DNA of 64,000 nucleotides from assembly GCF_009914755.1 (NCBI RefSeq), contig NC_060928.1, one strand, 5' to 3'. The notes beneath the pieces were generated by a model. The model saw only the letters and a list, made by a program, of their open reading frames with translations, was not told the DNA's origin and did not search any database. Below, one piece after another: positions 55,431-64,000 of this stretch; position 1 is the stretch's first letter, and each line of letters opens with the position of its first letter. The stretch comes from the human T2T-CHM13v2.0 reference genome, Homo sapiens. Position numbers and translations under genes: made by a program.

Positions 55431-55782
55431 CATATGCAGCTATAAAGAAGAATGAGATCATATTCTTTGCAGCAACATAGATGGAGCTGGAGGCCAAAAT
55501 CCTAAGTAAATTAATGCAAGAACAGAAAACCAAATACCATATGTTCTCACTTATAAGTGGGAGTTAAACATTGAGCACACATGGATATAAATATGAGTAC
55601 AATAGACACTGCAGACTCCTAGAGTGTGGAAGGAGGGAGGGCTTGGTTAAAAGACTACCTATCGGGTACTATGCTCACTAACTGGGTGACAGGATTTGTT
55701 CTCCAACCTCAACATTATGCCATATTTCCATGTAACAAATGTACTCATTTAACCCCTGAATCTAAAATAAAAGTGAAAAAAA
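55431..55782 (+). mobile_element. L1PA16/L1PB-like 3' end
   Basis: 'gcagcaacatagatggagctggaggcc...gaacagaaaaccaaataccatatgttctcacttataagtgggag...cccctgaatctaaaataaaag'. Confidence 0.88.
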
Positions 55783-58270
55783 GCTTACATTTATACCAAA
55801 GTATTTTAAACTGATAACAACTTTCATTACAAAGAAAATAAGCACGTAAACAAAACTGAAAACCACTACATTTTAACTCCATCCTCTCACACGCATTTTG
55901 ATTTTTTGACGTTTCAATTTATATCTTATTATTTGGCTTCTCTTGGGTGTATCCCACTGGAGCAGCAAATTGTTGTAGTTATTATCATTTTTAACCATTT
56001 TGTCTTTTAGTTTTTTACCTAAAGACATGAGTGGTTTATACATCACAATTCATCCACAATTCATACAGTTCATCCACTGTATTTTTCAGCTACAGGCTTT
56101 CTGTTTGATTTTTTAATTATTATTATTATACTTTAAGTTCTAGGGTACATGTGCACAACATGCAGGTTTGTTACATATGTATACATGTGCCTTGTTGGTG
56201 TGCTGCACCCATTAACTCGTCATTTACATTAGGTATATCTCCTAATGCTGTCTCTCCCCCCTACCCCCACCCCACGACAGGCACCAGTGTGTGATGTTCC
56301 CCTTCCAGTGTCCAAGTGTTCTCATTGTTCAATTCCCACCTATGAGTGAGAACATGCGGTGTTTAGTATTCTGTCCTTGAAATCGTTTGCTGAGAATGAT
56401 GGTTTCCAGCTTCATCCATGTCCCTACAAAGGACATGAACCCATCATTTTTAGGGCTGCATAGTATTCCATGGTGTATACGTGCCACATTTTCTTAATCC
56501 AATTTATCGTTGATGGACATTTGGGTTGGTTCCAAGTCTTTGCTATTGTGAATAGTGCCACAATAAACATACGTGTGCATGTGTCTTTATAGCAGCTTGA
56601 TTTATAATCCTTTGGGTTTATAATACCCAGTAATGGGATGGCTGGGTCAAATGGTATTTCTAGTTCTAGATCCTTGAGGAATAGCCACACTGTCTTCCAC
56701 AATGGTTGAACTAGTTTATAGTCCCACCAACAGTGTTAAAATGTTCCTATTTCTCCACATCCTCTACAGCACCTCTTGTTTCCTGACTTTTTAATAATTG
56801 CCATTCTAACTGGTGTGAGATGGTATCTCATTGTGGTTTTGATTTGCATTTTTCTGATGGCCAGTGATGATGAGCTTCTTTCATGTGTCTGTTGGCTGCA
56901 TAAATGTCTTCTTTTGAGAAGTGTCTGTTCATATCCTTTGCTCACTTTTTGATGGGGTTGTTTGTTTTTTTCTTGTAAATTTGTTTGAGCTCTTTGTAGA
57001 TTCTGGATATTAGACCTTTGTCAGATGAGTAGATTGCAAAAATTGTCTCCCATTCTGTAGGTTGCCTGTTCACTCTGATGGTACTTTCTTTTACTGTGCA
57101 GAAGCTCTTTAGTTTAGTTAGATCCCATTTGTCAATTTTGGCTTTATTATTTCAATCTCTGTTAAATTCTTGTGATGAATTTTTGAATGGCTTCTTTATG
57201 TTTTCTTGAAGTTTGTTAAGATTCCTAAAAAGAGCTATTATGAATTCTCTGTTTCAGACATCAGAAATATCTCTCTCTCCAGGGTTTGTCATTGGTCCCC
57301 TATTTAGTCATTTTGGTGAGATCAAATTTCCCTGAATGGTCTTAATGTTTCTGAACATACATCAGTGTCTGGTTGTTAAAGAATTAGTTATTTGGTCCAG
57401 GCTTTACAGTCTGGCCTTGTTTGTACATATCCTTCTTCAGATGACCTTCCAAAAATTCAAAGGCAACTGACTATTCAGTTCCCAAAGCCTCTAGTCACTG
57501 CAACCATTTCAGCACTAGAGTGTGCCCTAAGCCCAGGTTCACTGTGCCATTATTGCAGATTCTGAATTTCCCAGCCCTAATGGTTCTGGGGGAGACCAAG
57601 GAGAGTTTCACAGGTTCCCAGACAAAGTCCTTCTCTCATTTTTCACTTTTTTCCCTCAGTAAGAGTCTCTCTCTGTGCTGCAGTATCTGGAGTTAAGGGA
57701 GGGATAACAGACAATCCTGAGGCCACTATAGCTGATCCCATGCTGTATCATCCCTAGGGCTTATACAAAACCTGCAGCCACTATGGCCTTACTGTTACTG
57801 ATATTTATTTAGGGCCCATGGTTGCTTTAGTCAGCTGGTGGTGAAGCAGGCTGGGACTCCAGTGTATCCTGCCGAAGCAGCAGATTCTCTTCCATCTTGG
57901 AGTGGGTCTAGAATCTGTCCTCCAGCGTCAGCCTGAAATCAATGTCATGGGATAGTGCCCCGTGCTGTGTTTTACTGCAGTGAGGCTGGTGCTGAGCTTC
58001 AGATAAGTGTCTGCACTCTTTTTCCTCTCCCTTCTCCAAGAAGACAGATTATCTCTCTTGCTGCACAGCCTGGTGCTGGGGTAGGGGTGGTGTAGGCAAT
58101 GCAAGACTGTCTTTTCTACTCTCTTTATTGTGTATTTTCTTGTTATTATGCTTAAACCATATCCTGTGATCTCTTACTTGGTTTCTTTAGTTTTTGAGAT
58201 GGTGTTTTCTTGCATAAATAGTTGTTTGAATTGATGTTCCTGAGGGAATTTTCACTAGAAGGTTTTATTC
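55783..58270 (-). mobile_element. L1M ORF1/5' UTR region, interrupted by a young L1
   Basis: 'attttaaactgataacaact', 'ttatttcaatctctgttaaatt', 'agctattatgaattctctgt', then GC-richer 5' UTR-like sequence. Confidence 0.72.
56110..57144 (-). mobile_element. 5'-truncated L1PA4/PA5-like, ~1 kb
   Basis: Reverse 3' UTR 'ctttaagttctagggtacatgtgcacaac...ccacgacaggcaccagtgtgtgatg'. ORF2 C-terminal ORFs 56424-56945. Confidence 0.95.
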
Positions 58271-58329
58271 TACAATCTTGTTCTGTCTTCACCCTACCAC
58301 TTTAATAACATCTTTACCCTGATTAACTT

Positions 58330-60190
58330 TTCTTCTTTCAGATAACACCACAACTTCTCTGCTCATGTCTTCATAAAAAGTTCTTGAAAGACTTGGCTTC
58401 ATATGATGTCTTCCATGTACATTTTCCCATGCTCTTTGATCCTTTGTCTAAACAAGCTTTAACTACATGGTTTCACCAAAATTGCTCCTGTCAAGCTCAT
58501 CAAAGACCAATATATAACATATGGATCATCCCCGTTCTTATTACATCCTCTTCCCCCCCTACTTCCAGCTCACCACATTTCTTCTCCTTTTGTCTTGCCT
58601 ATTCAGATTCTACACTCTCAGAATTGTTATACTTGTTATATATATAATTCCAGGATTCATTCCTCTTTGTTCCTTTCTTTACTTTCTCCCTTGACGATTT
58701 CCTCAAACTTATATCTCCAAGATATGGCTTATCTCCTCACTTCTGTTTTTTTTTTTTTTAAATGATAGCAAATGGCTAGCATAGGTTCATGGAGGTACAA
58801 TTAAAATATCAAAATTAACATATCTTCAACAGAAATTTATGTCACACAATCCTGACCTCAAACTCCACCTGTAATTTTTCCCTGCGTAACTAATGATAAC
58901 CCCACCATTCCAGTTGCTCAGCTTTAAAACTTGGAATCATTCTTCTCTCTTTCTCTTGACACATGTATCTGAATACTCCTCATGGCTTACAATTAAATAA
59001 TCTCTACTTCAACACCTCAGTTTAAGTCATAGGAATTTATTGTAGTAACCTTTTAACTGGTGCCCTGATTCTACTCTATTCTTTATACCACCCCCAGAAT
59101 TATTCTTCTAAAATGCAAATCATTCAATTACTTAGCTTCAAATTCCCCAGTGGTTTTCTTTTTCTTTTTCTTTTTTTTTTTTTAACTTGTGTTTTAAGTT
59201 CAGGGGTAAAACTGCAGGTTGTTACATAGGTAATCTTGTGTCATGGGGGTTTGTTGTACAGATTATTTCATCACCCAGGTATTAAGCCTAGTACCCATTA
59301 GTTATTTTTCCTGATCCTCTTCCTCCTTTTATCATCTACCCTCTCAAAGGCCCCAGATTGTGTTGTTCCCCTCTATGTGTCCATATGTTCTCATAATTTA
59401 CATCCCGCTTATAAAGAACATCTGGTATTTGATTTTCTGTCCCTGTGTTAGCTTGCTAAGGATAATTGCCTCCAGCTCCATCTATGTCCCTGCAGAGGAC
59501 GTAATCTCGCTCCTTTCTATGGCTGCATAGTAGTCTATGGTGCATATGCACCACATTTGCTTCATCCATTCTATCATTGATGGACATTAAGGTTGATTCC
59601 ATGTCTTTTCTACTGTGAATAGTGCTGCAAGGGAAGCCCAGTGGTTTTCTGAGCAAAAGACAAGTATAGATGGCTGAATGCTACCTAACTCTGATCTCTT
59701 TCTGACCTCATTATTACCCTCTCTCTCTCTTCTATAGCAGTACCAGACTCCTTACTGATTCTGAAAAATGCAAGGCATATCCTGTCTTGCAACTTTTGTT
59801 TTGTCTTTTGCCTCTACCTCAAATTTCTTCCCCCATATATCTATTTCTCCAACCTCTTCACCTCCTTGACATTTTTACTCAAATACCGCTTTCTCAATTA
59901 TACCTACACCTTCCATCAATGTGGAAAATTGCATTTTACCTTCCCCATGACTCACGTGATACTATTTATGCTCATATATTTTTTCTCTACATTATTTATA
60001 ACTTTCTAATATGTTACATTAACATGACTTTAAATTTATAATATACTACATTATTTATTATATTGTCATTATCTTCTTTCCAACTAGAATGTGTAATACA
60101 GAAATCATTTTAACTTTGTTTTACTGATAGACTCTAAGTGCATAGAAGAGTCCCTGCACATTCACAAATATTTATTGAATAAATTAATAA
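58330..60190 (+). mobile_element. LINE-2 fragments (host of an L1 insertion)
   Basis: 'caccaaaattgctcctgtcaag', 'ccattccagttgctcag...aaaacttggaatcattc' and 3' end 'caactagaatgt...aaatatttattgaataaattaat'. Confidence 0.75.
59160..59636 (-). mobile_element. Short L1PA13-16-like 3' end with TSD
   Basis: Poly(T), 'aagttcaggggta...tcacccaggtattaagcctagtacccattag'. 14-bp TSD cccagtggttttct at 59146-59159 and 59637-59650. Confidence 0.94.
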
Positions 60191-60692
60191 ATAGCTGAAT
60201 GTATATAGTATACAAATGTATTCATCGGTGACATTTTAAAGCATATACAATCATGTAAATAAGCAAGAATTAGATGATAAATAAATGCCCGCACTAATTA
60301 GATATTTTAATTTCTTTCTACAGAACAATTAGCCATGTTGAATACATGTGGATTACTTTTGATGAGGAAACATTTATAATATAAAAAATGAAAATAAAAT
60401 TTATACTTTTAAATTTCAAATAATTTAATATCTGGATGTCAAATTAAGTTGAGTTTGGTGCCCTTGAAATTTAATAATTTATTGGTATATGAATCATAAG
60501 ATCACTGTATCATTAAGAAATATTAGTTTGTGAATATTTGATATAAGAAAACTGACCTGTTAGATGTTATATTTTGGTGTGTTAGATACTTAACATAGTA
60601 CAAGAAAGTACACAGTTAATTGTATTTTAATCTAATTATAAATATGCATTATTTTCTTTAATTTTATTATTAAAGTGTAAAAAGTCTTTCGT

Positions 60693-61220
<528 letters not shown>

Positions 61221-61639
61221 TTTATTTTACTTTGTTTAGACATAAAAGTATATATTTTAATAATTTTGAGGTGAGGTGAAAACTACAAGCTTTACGCTAT
61301 AGATCTAAGTAATATATACGTCTATATAATAATTGCCCATATGTTTCTCCTTAAACTTTTACATACATAACAGTCGGTGTGTGGAGAACAAAAGAAAAGC
61401 ATAAACTTCATAATTAAAGTTGCAACAGATTTGTGAAAAAAATTCAGAAGCTTCTTCTCTTCTATGAATTATTATATCACAATTTTTGGTCAAAATTTTA
61501 GTATCAAAGGATGCTTTGATAAAAAGAAATAAAAATATATTAATTTAACTTTGATAATTGCAAAATTTTATCGTTTTCTTTCTTAAATTTTAGCAGTAGT
61601 CTTGATATATTATTTTAATAAAAATTATATTTTCTGGCT

Positions 61640-62960
61640 TCATACTGTTTTCCAAGTGATTGTACCAATTTACATTCTCACCAACTGTGTAAAAGCATTT
61701 CATTTTCTCTACATCCTCATCAAGATATCTCGTAATTTTAATTTTAATTTCTCTGATGTTTAGTGATTTTGACCATTTTTTTCATATGTTTTTTGGCCAT
61801 TTGTATGTCTCCTTTTAAAAATGTCTATTCATGCTGTTTGGATGAATAGACATGTTACATTTTTTTGAGGTGTTTGGGTTCCGTGTATGTTATGGAACAA
61901 GACATAAGTCCTGTACCAGATGCAAAGTCTGCCTGTATATTTTCTCCCACTTTGTAGGTTATCTGTTCATTCTGTTGGTTATTTCCTTTGCCTGTGCAGA
62001 ACTTTTTTAGTTTAATTAAGTTCCATTTGTCTGTTTTTCTTTTTTGTTGTTGTTGTTGTTGCCTATGCTTTTGAGTTCTTAATCATTAATTCTTTGCCTG
62101 GACCAATGTCCAGAAGTGTTTTCCTGAGGTTTTTCTTCTAGTATTTTTATAGCTTCAGATCTTATATTTAAGTCTTTAATCCATCTTAAGTTGATTTTTT
62201 TTATATGTGGTGAGAGGTAGGGGTCCAGTTTCATTCTTCTGCATATGACAATCCAATTTTTCCAGCACCATTTATTAAAAAGTGTGTCTTTTTCCCAGTA
62301 TAAGTTTTTCTCAACTTTGTCAAATATCATTTGGCTATGGTTAAATGGCTTTATTTTGGGGTTTTCTATTATGTTCCTTTGGTATATGTGACTAATTTCA
62401 CAACTGTATTATGCTGTTTTGGTAAATACAGCCTTGTAGAATAATTTGAGGTCAGGTAATGTAACACTTCCAGCTTTGTTCTTGTTGCTTAGGATTGTTT
62501 TGGCTATTTGAGCTCTTTTTTGGTTTCATATGGATTTTAGGACTGGTTTTCCTAATTCTGTGAAAAATGACACTAGTTTTTTGCTGGGGTTTGCATTGAA
62601 TCTGTAGATTGCTTTGGACAGTATGGTCATTTTAACAATATTAATACTTCTGATCCATGAGCATATGATTTTTTCTATTGATTGTGTCATCTACAATTTT
62701 TTTCATCAGTGTTTTGTAGTTTTTCTTGTATAAATCTTTCATATTATTGTTTAAATATATTCTATGTATTTCTTTCTTTGCAGCTATTGTACATGGGATT
62801 GCCTTTTTGATTTTGTTCTCAGCTTGGTCATTATTAATGTGTAGAAATGTTACTGATTTTTGTACATCGATTTTGTATCATGAATCTCTTCTTAAGTCAT
62901 TTATCAAATCAAAAAATTTTTATAAAGTCTTTAGAGTTTTTTAGATACGAAATCATATGA
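61640..62960 (-). mobile_element. L1 ORF2 fragment (L1PB/L1MA-like)
   Basis: ORF 62079-62330 (IFDKVEKNLYWEKDTLFNKWCWKNW...KLDPYLSP) is L1 ORF2. Confidence 0.9.
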
Positions 62961-63584
62961 TTAACTGTTCTTAAAAATACTCTTATTTTGATATGTCTGC
63001 ATAAGCACACAAAGAAGGGACCTATTGTATACATAGAGACTGAATTCAACTTTGTCAGGAAATACATAAGACAATCAAATTCCAAGTTGGGGAAGTATTA
63101 TGTGGAATATCTATGAGAGATAAATGGTCCAATTGTATAATATTTTTACATAGATAAATAATTATAGACTACTGTTAGTGTTTAGTAAATGTGTTCTGAA
63201 TTTACACAAAATACTCTCTTAGGCAAAACAATGGAAAAGAGCAGGAATTGCATTCTCCATGCCTAAAGTTTACATGATTCTTTAGGTGTTTTCTTTCTTT
63301 TTTCAATCTCTTTTATAACATATTGCCTAGGACCTGTCCATTGTAAATAATTATTAACTATTGCTTTTAAAGTGACATTGAGGTAAGCATAGGAAAAAGG
63401 GAATTTTAAGTGGGCATTTTGCAGTTTTCATTTTCATAAGCCTATATATTTTTGGAAGTTTCTAGTGTTACTTATTTGAAGATCTACCACCCAGCTCCCT
63501 GCCTCCAGTACCAGTGTCAAAAGAATTGATAGAATATATCCACTAACATTTAGAACATGTTACATATGAGAAATTAAACTAGAG

Positions 63585-63740
63585 AATTTTAGTCCTTATC
63601 TAATTAAATTCTCACTACAACATAAGGTAGCTATTTTTATCCCAATTTCGCAATGAAGAGTCAATGTTTTGGTTTAAATTAATTACCTAAACCTAAAAAG
63701 TCATTGAAATTTTTCTACCATATACACAGGTTCTGATAGG
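63585..63740 (-). mobile_element. MIR remnant
   Basis: 'ctcactacaacataaggtagctatttttatcccaatttcgcaatgaaga'. Confidence 0.55.
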
Positions 63741-64000
63741 CACCCTACACAGGTATGTGTATGTATTCATAATAAATGTAAGAGTGCTCTACTATAGATT
63801 TTACATAGCAATTATTCAATGTTCTTAGAAATTTGATTCTAATAGATGATTAGCAAAGGCCAATTTAACTACGATTTCTTTTTTTTTAATAATTTATCTC
63901 ACTTGTAATATTCTGGCCACTAGAATGTCAGTATTTTAGAGAAATCAATCCTATTAAGTATTTTTGGTGTAAACAAGCAACATATAACATATTTAACATT

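Overview
This is primate (human-like) nuclear genomic DNA: AT-rich, CpG-depleted and dominated by dead transposable elements. It contains a full-length ~6.4 kb L1PA7-like LINE-1 with target-site duplication (TSD) and disrupted ORF1/ORF2, a second near-full-length older L1PA, many truncated L1PA/L1PB/L1M pieces, five Alu loci, MaLR LTRs (MST/THE1/MLT1), an ERVL integrase fossil, MER1A, two MADE1 remnants, L2/MIR relics, microsatellites and a U6 snRNA retrocopy fused to L1 sequence. I cannot support any host protein-coding gene; nearly all long ORFs are L1 fragments. I found no convincing new biological system. The most interesting observations are insertion and repair scars: two tail-out Alus inside one 16-bp TSD, a truncated U6/L1 chimera, an inverted templated insertion, an old L1 inversion, a 39-bp mini-MADE1 hairpin and a TSD-less L1 splitting an MLT1 LTR. 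Subfamily labels come from recalled consensus motifs, and boundaries of old repeats are approximate.
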